DNA of 64,000 bases from an uncultured Rikenella sp. (lineage in GTDB: Bacteria > Bacteroidota > Bacteroidia > Bacteroidales > VadinHA17), in NCBI GenBank assembly GCA_964635655.1, contig CAZWOC010000002.1, positions 84,319 to 148,318 of the forward strand. The letters are read 5' to 3'. Below are positions 51,151 through 60,885 of the stretch, piece by piece. Below the pieces are notes generated by a model. It was not told where the DNA came from. It did no database searches and saw only the letters and a list, made by a program, of their open reading frames with translations. The position numbers were made by a program, and so were the translations under genes. Position 1 is the stretch's first letter; the number at the start of each line of letters is the position of its first letter.

Positions 51151-51583
51151 GTCCATACTGCACTATGGGCAAAAAACGGTCAAATTGACCACTATGACTA
51201 TAAATTCAGGAAAGTGCATGTCGTTCTTGTTCATTATTAAAGAATACCCATCAATCATGCAGCATGGGTGGAATGTATGGGCTTACTCCTTGCTTTGGCT
51301 GTAGAGGGAACTTCCGGCTGTTGTGTCTGCAAGAGAGTTTATAATTTGCATGAAGGTACCTTTTGGACAGATTACTATACCTGTTACTGTCGTCTGATGC
51401 TTGATTTTGGATATTATTCTTTACCTTTCAGTCACATACAAATGAGTTGGCTGCAAGTGAGCATAGCACAGGGCAAAAAGTACCGAGACAATTTAGGCTA
51501 ACTAATAGGAAAACACCAGCAAAGCCGAAATAGAAAATTTAGCAGTTCTATCTACTATTGGATTGGACATAAAACGAATAAGT

Positions 51584-52492
51584 ATGACAAAGAAACTGAA
51601 CAATGTATTACGTGGTGACAAAATATTCGTAACAATATTATTGGTAGTCATTGGTATTGGTGTTATTAGCAATTATGTCGAAATTAAAAAACATGAAAGG
51701 AAAGAAAAAGCAGAATACGAAATCGTTCTTAAAACAAATACAGATTCCGCCTATATTGCTTATATGAAAGCACATACAAACGAAATCATCCTTAATACTT
51801 ATCAAGATTCTGCACATTTTGCCAATATGAAAGCAAGTAGAAAAGAAATCGTTCTTAATACAAATAGAGATGAAGATTCTGCATATGTCGCTTTTATAGA
51901 GGAAAATGCGAATAAAAAATATATTGAAATAGTAGATAGTATCCTGTGGGAACGAACATTAATCTCATCTAATTATGTTCATTATATTGAGAACGTTCCC
52001 GAACTGGATATAAATGAGAAAAATTTCTCTTCTGCAAAAGATAGTATTGAAAGAAAATGGGAAACAGATGCAGAGGCATGGGAAATGGCACAGGAAATAA
52101 ACACTTCTGCGTCATATAAAAAATATATATGGAGATACCCTAATGGGATAGGAATAAAACAAGCAAAAAAATTAGTTATAGATAGAGAAGTAGATGATAT
52201 TTTCGGGGGAGACTACGGGGTATTACCAACAATGGATAAAACTTCACAAGGGCAAGGAAAAACCTCGAATATTTCAGTTTACAACAATACTTCCTATACT
52301 TTAACTTTGCGTTATAGTGGGATTGAAAGTAAAAAAATAGTAATTCTATCTCAATCAAGGGAGAATATTTTGTTGAATAATGGGAATTATCGTATTGCAG
52401 CCTCAGTCAACGGACCCGTTAGAAGTTTTGCAGGGACAGAAACTTTAACGGGCGGTAGTTATGATGTAGAATATTATATAACTACATATTAG
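51584..52492 (+). CDS. Hypothetical membrane-anchored protein with internal 21-aa repeats
   Basis: AT-rich ORF, one N-terminal TM, three EI(V/I)L(K/N)T...DSA repeats, beta-rich C-terminal domain. Confidence 0.75.
   Translation: MTKKLNNVLRGDKIFVTILLVVIGIGVISNYVEIKKHERKEKAEYEIVLKTNTDSAYIAYMKAHTNEIILNTYQDSAHFANMKASRKEIVLNTNRDEDSAYVAFIEENANKKYIEIVDSILWERTLISSNYVHYIENVPELDINEKNFSSAKDSIERKWETDAEAWEMAQEINTSASYKKYIWRYPNGIGIKQAKKLVIDREVDDIFGGDYGVLPTMDKTSQGQGKTSNISVYNNTSYTLTLRYSGIESKKIVILSQSRENILLNNGNYRIAASVNGPVRSFAGTETLTGGSYDVEYYITTY
51719..51900 (+). repeat. In-frame 63-bp degenerate tandem repeat, about 3 units
   Basis: GAAATC(G/A)T(T/C)CTTAA...GATTC units start at 51719, 51782 and 51845. Confidence 0.8.
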
Positions 52493-52504
52493 AAATAAGT
52501 GCAT

Positions 52505-52897
52505 ATGCTGGATAACCTGTCTCGTCCTAGAAAAACCTTACACATTTGGTTAGTAATCCTGATTTCACTTTACATTTCCAGTTGGTTAATCCTGAATGAA
52601 CTTTACAGCACATGACAATGATAGTTTAATATTATCAAACAAGTATTTGTTCTTTCATTTTTTCTCGTTTAGAATATTGTTTCCATCGCTTTCTTATTAA
52701 TCCTTATGGTTATGAGCTATTTCTGGCGTAAGGAAATCAATACTTGGCGAGGTCTTTTTGCATTATAGGTTAGAATGATTCTGTCTATTTATGTCATTTA
52801 CATCAGGTTTCGGCATTATTGCATATCTTTAGTATGCAATGAACAGGTTGAGGTTCATTCAAACAAAAGAGGCAGCCGAAAATCTGAAAAAGAGTAG
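52505..52897 (+). pseudogene. Possible decayed multi-TM membrane protein gene
   Basis: One hydrophobic frame from ATG 52505 interrupted by 5 internal TGA/TAG stops. Confidence 0.4.
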
Positions 52898-52920
52898 GCA
52901 TTTGTCAAATACAAAAGAAA

Positions 52921-53781
52921 ATGGCTAAAGCATTATTATTATCTGTTTTCGTATCGCTTGGTTGTTTGCTGAATGCGCAGACACTTGAAATTATTGCAAA
53001 TGGAAATTTGCGGTCAGGTCCGGGTACAACCAATGAAATCATTGGCAAGGTCTCAACAGGAACAAAAGTAACGCAAATTGATATCTCCGGTGAATGGCAC
53101 AAAGTTGAACTTTCAAACAAATCCACCGGTTGGGTTCATAAGTCACTTATTAAGAGTGAAAAACCAGGCAAACCAGGCATTCAACAGAACCGTGATACAA
53201 TTCAGTTGGCAGTAAATGCCATAGCAGTAGAAATGCGGGGGTTAATCCAACGCCATATGAAAAATGAATTCTTCAGGGTACCCATTGATATCTCATCAAC
53301 TTACCCGCTGGAGATTTCTTTGGCACATAAAATGAATGAAAATACAATTATATCCGGAAGCGTTGGAAATATGTCGTTTAAAGGTAATATCACAATAAAA
53401 TCAAATAAAGGTTTTATAGTCTATGCTTATCCGATAACAGAAATAGGAAAAGACGAAAGCTCAAGACCTGCTTTAATGCTAAACAGCCCGTTGACCATAA
53501 AAGATTATAACTCTTCCGAGTCCGGCTCACAGTCAAATATTATGATGTTTACAACATCAGGCTCATCGATTAACAGCGACAATAGCGTTCAATGTATCAA
53601 ATCAGGCAACTTTGAATGTTCCGGCAATTACTTTTTAGATGATACAATACCAATGTACTTTGAAAGCGGAACTCTGATTTTTACTGATAACAATCTGCCA
53701 TGCACGTTTGCAGAAGGAAGTACTTTTCTTTTTAACTCTGTTGTCTATAAATATGAGAATTCAAAATGGGTTAAGCAATAA
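52921..53781 (+). CDS. Secreted protein with N-terminal bacterial SH3 (SH3b) domain
   Basis: Signal peptide; NLRSGPGT...GEWHKV...GWVHKSLI SH3b signature; remainder unrecognised. Confidence 0.82.
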   Translation: MAKALLLSVFVSLGCLLNAQTLEIIANGNLRSGPGTTNEIIGKVSTGTKVTQIDISGEWHKVELSNKSTGWVHKSLIKSEKPGKPGIQQNRDTIQLAVNAIAVEMRGLIQRHMKNEFFRVPIDISSTYPLEISLAHKMNENTIISGSVGNMSFKGNITIKSNKGFIVYAYPITEIGKDESSRPALMLNSPLTIKDYNSSESGSQSNIMMFTTSGSSINSDNSVQCIKSGNFECSGNYFLDDTIPMYFESGTLIFTDNNLPCTFAEGSTFLFNSVVYKYENSKWVKQ

Positions 53782-54003
53782 TCTGAATTCTGGGGTTCGT
53801 CACAATTTCAATGCAGCCTTGATTATCCTGACAACCAGGTTGTGGGGGTAAGCTTCCCGGACGCTATTAAATATGCTCAGTGGGCCGGTAAAAGACTTCC
53901 AACCGAAGCGGAATGGGAATATTCTGCCAAAGGCGGGCTGCCGGCATCCTGGGTCGACTTTGCAGTTGGATTCAGGTGTGCAAAAGACGTAAAACAAAAA
54001 TGA
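53782..54003 (+). pseudogene. Formylglycine-generating enzyme (SUMF1/FGE-sulfatase) domain remnant
   Basis: Manual translation: ...[54 protein letters not shown]...; no start codon. Confidence 0.8.
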
Positions 54004-54246
54004 CATCGTGACAACAGAGTTTTTGAAAGTCATCGCTGACACCGGCAAATTGGTTAATTTATTGTTGCGGTTCATGCCAACACGAGAATAAACAAAACAA
54101 AGAATTGCTCAAAAAGTCGCAGAAGCGAAGTAAAAACTCAAATCGTAAAATTCTTTTTGCTCGTATAATATATTATATATTAATATCTTATTGAACTCTG
54201 ACGAGTCCTTGACCGGACACTTGTGAGTCTGGGTAAGAAATCTTTG

Positions 54247-54273
54247 TACTTTTGCATACCGACCGGAAGGTAT
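54247..54273 (+). promoter_or_regulatory. tetR promoter (-7 TACTTTTG) with overlapping imperfect operator
   Basis: TACTTTTG at 54247-54254 followed by ATACCGACCGGAAGGTAT. Confidence 0.55.
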
Positions 54274-54303
54274 TTTTATGACACGTCAGGTACGCATATA
54301 ACA

Positions 54304-54900
54304 ATGAAAGATACAAAGGAAGTTATCCTTAAAACTGCTTATACCCTGTTCTTGTATGACAATTACGAGGCTGTTACAATTAATAGCATCATTAAGGCCA
54401 CGGGGCTTACAAAGGGGGCTTTGTATCATCATTACAGCAGCAAGGAAGAACTCTTTAAAGCCGTTGTTGACAAATATATGATTGAAAACCGTACCGACAT
54501 TTCGGTCGAGTTTTTGACGCTCAAAGAATTCATTCAATATATGATTGATCTCAATAAAGCAAAGTTGACAAGACTTATTGTTGAAAATCCAAATCCTCAT
54601 CATGATATACCATTGCACTATCTGACTATTACCCTGGCAGCTCTTCACTATTATCCGGATTTCATCAATAAAGGAGTTGAGTTTTATCGCGACCAGGTAA
54701 ACCGATGGGAGAACAGTCTGAAGAAAGCAGTTGATGATGGTGAAATACGTGATGACATAAATATTGAAGCCAGTGCGGCACTTTTCTTAAATATTGGTTC
54801 TGGTATAGGCTGGAATATGATTCGGGGTGGTTCTCTGACCGTTACACTCGATATCATTGAAAAGCAATACTGGGAACTATATAAACACATCAGAAAATAA
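54304..54900 (+). CDS. TetR/AcrR-family regulator
   Basis: ILKTAYTLF...VTINSIIKATGLTKGALYHHYSSKEELF HTH; ATG at 54304. Confidence 0.93.
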   Translation: MKDTKEVILKTAYTLFLYDNYEAVTINSIIKATGLTKGALYHHYSSKEELFKAVVDKYMIENRTDISVEFLTLKEFIQYMIDLNKAKLTRLIVENPNPHHDIPLHYLTITLAALHYYPDFINKGVEFYRDQVNRWENSLKKAVDDGEIRDDINIEASAALFLNIGSGIGWNMIRGGSLTVTLDIIEKQYWELYKHIRK

Positions 54901-54923
54901 ATCAATTTTTTTTATTTGAAAAT

Positions 54924-54941
54924 AAACCGACCGTTCGGTTT
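54924..54941. promoter_or_regulatory. Putative TetR operator upstream of the efflux operon
   Basis: AAACCGA-CCGT-TCGGTTT inverted repeat. Confidence 0.7.
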
Positions 54942-54961
54942 GTTTAACTAATATTCTATTT

Positions 54962-56356
54962 ATGAGAAGAAAAACCTTTACTGTTATTATGGCTTTCAGC
55001 CTCGGATTGCTGTGCCATGAAGGATCCGGCCAAACGACACTGACTGGCCTGGTCAATTACTCCCTGCAACATAGCCGTGATATTAAAAAAGCTGAACTTC
55101 AGCGCAGGGAGGCTGATTATTCGCGGCAGGAAGCCATCGGCCATGGCTTGCCACAGGTGGAAGCATCAGCCTCCTACAGCAAAATGATGCTCCCTGAAGT
55201 AGATATTCCGGCTGGTGCAAATAATCAAATACTGGGTATAGCAGATCTTTTGATAAACGAAAGCGCTACAGAAGAACAACGAGAGGAAGTCACAAACAGC
55301 ATTACAGGAATCCTTGATCAGTTAACCAACCTCGATGCACTTTATACTGCAAGTGCAGGCATCCAGGTGACCCAGCTGATTTACAGCAGGTCATACTGGA
55401 TCGGCGTAAAAACAACAAAGAAAACACAGGAACTGTATTCGATTCTTAAAACAAAAACCGAAGAAGATGTCATTGCAGATGTGGCGACCGGATATTACCA
55501 GGCAGGGTCGTTCATACTCCAACTGGAGACAGTCGAAAAATCAATTGATAATCTTAAGGATATGCTCAGAATCGCAGAACTGGGCTATAAGAATGATTTT
55601 GTTAAGGAAAGCAGTGTCGACAGGCTGCAGGTAACAATAACCAACCTTGAAGTAGTCAAAGAAACCCTGCAAAACGGGATAGATATCCAATTAAATTATC
55701 TGAAAGCCCTTGCAGGAATGCCGGGTGATACCCTGCTCATCATTGATGCCCGTACCCTGGCAGATGATTTTGTCAGCCAGGAAGAGGCTTTCAATATAGA
55801 AAATGTGCCATCCTACCAGCTGATGCTTAAGCAGGATGAAATTTACAACCAGCAGGTTAAGCTTTCCAGGGCAAAGTTCTATCCTTCATTGGTCGCATTC
55901 GGAAAGTTTAGTTACTCATCGTACAACCTCTCCTCAAAGATTGACAGAATGAACAACATGAACACGTTTGGGCTCAACCTGTCAGTTCCCATATTCAGTT
56001 CAGGCGTCAATAACGCAAAATTAAAGCAGTCACAACTGAAACAGGCGGAGCTTAGAGAAGACATCCTGAAAGCGAGTGACCTGTTGGCCGTAAATTATAA
56101 CAATGCCTTTCTTGAGTACCAGACAGCCGGCAGAATGCTTGCTGCTCAAAAACAAAACAGGGAGCTGGCGTTGAAAGTTTACAACCAGACTTCTCTGCAG
56201 TATCAGGAAGGAATGGCTTCAATGGCTGATGTGCTGAATGTCAACTCCGACTTCTTGCAGGCAGACAATTCGCTTAATCAGCAAATCCTGAAGTGTAAAA
56301 CAGCGAGAATTAAAATGCTTAAAGCCACCGGGAACCTGAAATCATTAATACAATAA
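54962..56356 (+). CDS. TolC-family outer membrane efflux protein
   Basis: Signal peptide, GLPQVEASASY, YPSLVAFG, LSVPIFSSG, heptad helices. Confidence 0.92.
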   Translation: MRRKTFTVIMAFSLGLLCHEGSGQTTLTGLVNYSLQHSRDIKKAELQRREADYSRQEAIGHGLPQVEASASYSKMMLPEVDIPAGANNQILGIADLLINESATEEQREEVTNSITGILDQLTNLDALYTASAGIQVTQLIYSRSYWIGVKTTKKTQELYSILKTKTEEDVIADVATGYYQAGSFILQLETVEKSIDNLKDMLRIAELGYKNDFVKESSVDRLQVTITNLEVVKETLQNGIDIQLNYLKALAGMPGDTLLIIDARTLADDFVSQEEAFNIENVPSYQLMLKQDEIYNQQVKLSRAKFYPSLVAFGKFSYSSYNLSSKIDRMNNMNTFGLNLSVPIFSSGVNNAKLKQSQLKQAELREDILKASDLLAVNYNNAFLEYQTAGRMLAAQKQNRELALKVYNQTSLQYQEGMASMADVLNVNSDFLQADNSLNQQILKCKTARIKMLKATGNLKSLIQ

Positions 56357-56381
56357 TTCAAATTTTTTAAAAATAATCTGT

Positions 56382-57446
56382 ATGAAAATCAAAAAATCAA
56401 GACTCATTGTACTTGTTGCAATTCTTATAACAGTGCTGCTCATTGTATTTAAGCTGGCAGGTAACAAAAGGCAATTTCAGGAAGATGTTGCTTTCGCCAA
56501 GCGGACAGTTGAGAAAATCCCTGTAGCAGTGGATACGGTAAATATCGGAATTCTGTCAGAGAATATTGTAGCCACCGGCACGCTGGAAGCTTCCGATGTG
56601 CTGACATTGGTTTCAGAAACACAGGGAAAGATAATCGCCATATACAAGGAAAAGGGCGACAGGGTTTCAGCCGGGGACATAATTGCAAAAGTGGATGATG
56701 AGGTCATATCAGCCAGTGTATTGACTGCTGAAGCAAATTATGAACAGTTTGAAAAAGATGTCGAACGACTGACCCGCCTGTCAGATGAAAAAGCTGTTAC
56801 CAGGCGTGACCTGGAACAAGCCATAATCGGACAGAAAAAGGCCAAGGCAGACCTGATCAATGCCCGGAAGGCACTGGGTAACACAAGCATAAAAGCACCA
56901 ATACCCGGATATATAAATAACGACTTTATTACAGTAGGTCAATTACTTGGCGGTGGTTCGCCCGTTTGCGAAATAGTGAACAACAGCAGACTGAAACTCA
57001 ATATTAAGGTTTCGGAACGGGAGGTTTACAGAATTCAGACCGGAGAAAATGTCAATGTGCACTTAACTGTTTTCCCTGATAAGGAATTTAATGGCCGTAT
57101 CACATCAATTGCAGAAAAGGCCGACGCAGCAATGAAATTTAACGCTGAAATAACCCTGGTTAACGACGGCAGCGCTCATCTGAAGAGCGGATTATATGCC
57201 GAGGCAGAACTTCCGGTAAAAAACACCGAACAACTTATAATAAGCAAAGCCTGTATTGTGGGAAGTATGGAGAGTCCTGTTGTTTATGTAGCCCGGAACG
57301 GGAAAGCTGAAAAACGCCAGCTTGTTGTCGGCCAGAGCAACGATAGCCATATTGAAGTGCTGAATGGTTTGTCAGCCGGAGAGCAGGTGATTGTCAGCGG
57401 GCAGCTCAACCTGAAAGATGGGGATGATATAAATGTAGTTAACTAA
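56382..57446 (+). CDS. RND efflux periplasmic adaptor (MFP)
   Basis: N-terminal TM, biotinyl-lipoyl halves (ETQGKI...GDRVSAG; IKAPIPG), GLSAGEQVIVSGQ. Confidence 0.93.
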   Translation: MKIKKSRLIVLVAILITVLLIVFKLAGNKRQFQEDVAFAKRTVEKIPVAVDTVNIGILSENIVATGTLEASDVLTLVSETQGKIIAIYKEKGDRVSAGDIIAKVDDEVISASVLTAEANYEQFEKDVERLTRLSDEKAVTRRDLEQAIIGQKKAKADLINARKALGNTSIKAPIPGYINNDFITVGQLLGGGSPVCEIVNNSRLKLNIKVSEREVYRIQTGENVNVHLTVFPDKEFNGRITSIAEKADAAMKFNAEITLVNDGSAHLKSGLYAEAELPVKNTEQLIISKACIVGSMESPVVYVARNGKAEKRQLVVGQSNDSHIEVLNGLSAGEQVIVSGQLNLKDGDDINVVN

Positions 57447-57468
57447 TAACTGATAATCTGACAGATAG

Positions 57469-60400
57469 ATGAAGATAACAGAGTTATCAATAAAACGTAC
57501 GACCATACCGGTTGTGATCTTTACTCTTCTTGCACTTGGAGGTATATTTAGTTATACTCTTCTTAACAAAGAGCTCGTTCCCAAAATTGAAATGCCGATA
57601 AACGGGGTCATGACGGTTTATCCCGGTGCTGCACCGGCTGAGGTGGAAAGCTCGGTGACAGAAAAAGTGGAAGAAGCAGTATCAGCGCTCGAGGGTATCG
57701 ATAAAATCAATTCATACTCGTTCGAAGGTGTTTCAGCCATTATGATAACTTATAAAGATGGCACTGACCCTGATTTGTCGCTACAGGAATGTGAACGAAG
57801 AGTGAATGCAATAAAAAGCAACCTGCCTGAGAATTGCAAAGATCCCCAGTTCCTGAAATTCGATATGAACATGCTTCCTGTAATGGAAATTGCAGTGAAC
57901 TCAAATATTCCTGAAAAGGAATTCTACGATTTAGTTGAAAAGGAATTCAAACCCAGAATCTCCCAGATAAAGGGAATCGCCCAGGTAACTATAACGGGTG
58001 GCAATCAGCGCGAAATAGAGGTCAAAGCGAATGCTCAGAAGCTGGAACAGTATGGCATTTCATTATTGCAGGTAAAACAAGCGATACAGGCTTCCAACGT
58101 TGACTTCCCCACCGGAAAGGTAAAAGACGACAACACGAAGACTATTGTAAGGCTCTCCGGAAAGTTTGACAATCTTGACGAGATCAGGGAAATGGTTGTC
58201 GGAGCCTCAAAGGATGGAACTGTAATTAAAGTGACCGATGTTGCCACTGTTGTAGACGGCTCCAGGAAAGCCACCAGGCTTGCACGCATAAACGGTCAGC
58301 CGGCAATAGGATTAAGCATCCAGAAGCAAACCGATGGCAATGAAGTGGAAATCAGCCGTGATGTCAAGGCTTTGATAGCAGAATTTGAAAAAGATTATTC
58401 TAAAGAAAACCTCAGCTTCACTATTGCAAGTGATATGTCGGAATTTACAGAACAGGCCATAAGCGGAGTTATGTTCGACCTAATTTTCGCCATTGTTCTC
58501 GTGTCACTTACAATGCTGCTCTTTCTGCACACATTCCGCAACCTGATGTTCATATTTGTTTCAATACCAACTTCAATCATTTCAACATTTACATTCTTCT
58601 GGTTGTTCGGTTTCTCACTTAACCTGATGACATTGCTTGCCCTATCAATTGTTGTAGGTGTTATCGTGGATGATGCGATTGTGGTACTCGAAAATATTTA
58701 CCGCCACCTTGAAATGGGAAAAACCCGCTGGCAGGCATCAATAGATGCAATCAGGGAAATAGGAATTACGGTAGTATCCATTACTATTGTGCTTGTGGCA
58801 GTGTTCCTTCCGATTGGTTTCACATCGGGAATGGCAGGCCAGATGTTGCGTTCATTCTCACTTGTAGTAGTAATATCCATTCTTGTAAGTCTTCTGGTTT
58901 CATTTACACTTGTACCATTGCTTACATCCCGTTTTGGTAAACTTAAGACTTTCGACAATTCAAAACTTCTTGATCGTTTCCTGTTAAAATTTGAACATCT
59001 GATAACATGGTTGCGGTTAACTGTACTGTCAGGCATGAAACTGGCTTTGAATCATAAAAAAATAACCCTGGCAGCAGCGATTGCACTGTTCATTGGCTCA
59101 TTCTTCCTTATGGGAGGCGGTTTCATCCAAACCGAAATGATGGATGCGGGCGACCGGGGTGAATTTCTTATCGATATGGAACTGGACCGCTCTGCCACCC
59201 TTGAACAAACCAGCAGTTACTGTCTGGAAGTCGAAAAGAAAATGCTGCTTTATCCCGAAATAAAAAGTGTTTATACAAAGGTTGGTACAATGGGAGGCAG
59301 CATATCGATGACCGAGACACCGTACTGTGCTGAATTCAGTGTAAAACTGGTACCGAAAAATGAGCGGACGCTGAGTTCCAAGCTTTTCGGCCGGAAACTT
59401 AAGAATGAACTGGCCTCGACTTTTGTCGGTCCGTCGTTTACAGTGAAAGAAATCAGTATGGTGGGCAGTTCTACGACGCCTGTCGAGATTTATGTCCGCA
59501 GCAACGACTTTGAAAAGGCTAAGGCTTACAGTCAGGTAGTTGCCGGTGAATTAAGAAGCATTGAAGGTACCACTGATATACAATCATCAGTTGAAGCCGG
59601 CAACAGGGAAATGGTTATTAAGTTTGACAGGGAAAAGCTGGCCAAGCTTGGGCTTACAATAGGTGAAGTCGGCGCCCAGATGTACATCTCATTTGAAGGC
59701 AACCGGGAGCTTAAATACCGCGATGGAAACAATGAATACGATATTTATGTCGCACTGGATGAATTTGACAGGAAAAGCAAGGCCGATGTTGAAAATATCT
59801 CATTTACAAATCGTGCAGGTCAGCTTGTCAGGCTCTCACAGGTGGCCTATATAACAGAGGGGGAGAGTCCCTCGACACTGAACCGCTATAACAGGCTCCC
59901 GTCTGTCCGGATAACGGGTAACATGATCGGGAAAACAATTGGTACTGTCGGGCAGGAGATCAAGGAAAGGCTGGCCAAAACCGAAATACCTGCAGGTGTC
60001 GATATTGTATATGCAGGCAGCATGGAACAGCAAAGCAAATCTTTCTCCAGCATGGGTATAGCGCTTCTGGCTTCGATTATCTTCATGTACCTTGTAATGG
60101 TTGCCTTGTATGACAGTTACATTTATCCCCTTGTTGTCATGCTCTCACTGCCTCTGGCCATTGTCGGTGCGCTGCTGGCACTGGCACTTGCCGGCAGAAG
60201 CCTCAGCCTGTTTTCAATCATGGGAATCATAATGCTTATGGGGCTGGTGGCCAAGAATGCTATCCTGGTAGTTGACTTTGCCAATGGCATGCAGGAAAAG
60301 GGCAAAAAAGTAATTGAAGCCATTACCGAAGCTACATCAGTCCGGTTCAGGCCAATCCTTATGACTAACCTGGCTCTTATAGTCGGACTGATGCCGATTG

Positions 60401-60603
60401 CACTGGGAACAGGTGCAGGCGCTGAATGGAAAAATGGCCTGGGATGGGTAATAATCGGTGGCCTGATCAGCTCCATGTTCCTGTCCCTCATCATTGTGCC
60501 TGTACTCTATGTCATTTTCGACAAGTTTGTGAAAAGACATAATAAACCTGATGTTCAAAAAGAGCTTGCTGTCAAGGAAGTGATGGAAGGGGCAGTAAAC
60601 TGA
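57469..60603 (+). CDS. RND efflux permease (AcrB/AcrD/AcrF family)
   Basis: VIVDDAIVVLENI (proton-relay Asp pair), GLVAKNAILVV, RFRPILMT. Confidence 0.96.
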   Translation: MKITELSIKRTTIPVVIFTLLALGGIFSYTLLNKELVPKIEMPINGVMTVYPGAAPAEVESSVTEKVEEAVSALEGIDKINSYSFEGVSAIMITYKDGTDPDLSLQECERRVNAIKSNLPENCKDPQFLKFDMNMLPVMEIAVNSNIPEKEFYDLVEKEFKPRISQIKGIAQVTITGGNQREIEVKANAQKLEQYGISLLQVKQAIQASNVDFPTGKVKDDNTKTIVRLSGKFDNLDEIREMVVGASKDGTVIKVTDVATVVDGSRKATRLARINGQPAIGLSIQKQTDGNEVEISRDVKALIAEFEKDYSKENLSFTIASDMSEFTEQAISGVMFDLIFAIVLVSLTMLLFLHTFRNLMFIFVSIPTSIISTFTFFWLFGFSLNLMTLLALSIVVGVIVDDAIVVLENIYRHLEMGKTRWQASIDAIREIGITVVSITIVLVAVFLPIGFTSGMAGQMLRSFSLVVVISILVSLLVSFTLVPLLTSRFGKLKTFDNSKLLDRFLLKFEHLITWLRLTVLSGMKLALNHKKITLAAAIALFIGSFFLMGGGFIQTEMMDAGDRGEFLIDMELDRSATLEQTSSYCLEVEKKMLLYPEIKSVYTKVGTMGGSISMTETPYCAEFSVKLVPKNERTLSSKLFGRKLKNELASTFVGPSFTVKEISMVGSSTTPVEIYVRSNDFEKAKAYSQVVAGELRSIEGTTDIQSSVEAGNREMVIKFDREKLAKLGLTIGEVGAQMYISFEGNRELKYRDGNNEYDIYVALDEFDRKSKADVENISFTNRAGQLVRLSQVAYITEGESPSTLNRYNRLPSVRITGNMIGKTIGTVGQEIKERLAKTEIPAGVDIVYAGSMEQQSKSFSSMGIALLASIIFMYLVMVALYDSYIYPLVVMLSLPLAIVGALLALALAGRSLSLFSIMGIIMLMGLVAKNAILVVDFANGMQEKGKKVIEAITEATSVRFRPILMTNLALIVGLMPIALGTGAGAEWKNGLGWVIIGGLISSMFLSLIIVPVLYVIFDKFVKRHNKPDVQKELAVKEVMEGAVN

Positions 60604-60661
60604 TTTGCAGTTTGGAGTGAACATAATATATCTGCCCAGGGCAGAAATTTGAATTTTGCAT

Positions 60662-60695
60662 AAAATCCGGATGAATCATTTCGTCCGGATTTTTT
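60662..60695 (+). terminator. Terminator of the efflux operon
   Basis: AAAATCCGGATGA / TCGTCCGGATTTT followed by a T-run. Confidence 0.8.
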
Positions 60696-60885
60696 GCAAT
60701 GTTCCTGCAGGCAAGATTGCGTCAGCAGTGAGAGCGGGAAAGCTGGCTGCATTTTTTTTGGCCTCAGGACCCACCCGGTCTTTATCTGACTGAAAAATTT
60801 CCGGCATCAGATTGTTTTACAAAATTCAGTTTCTTACTTTTATGACGCTGTCAGATCAGATAAGTAACACTTATTATTAAACTCT

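Noticed and set aside
51150-51580. Possible integrase remnant after tRNA-Ala
   Set aside because: The frames I translated show no tyrosine-recombinase motifs, so no mobile element was called.
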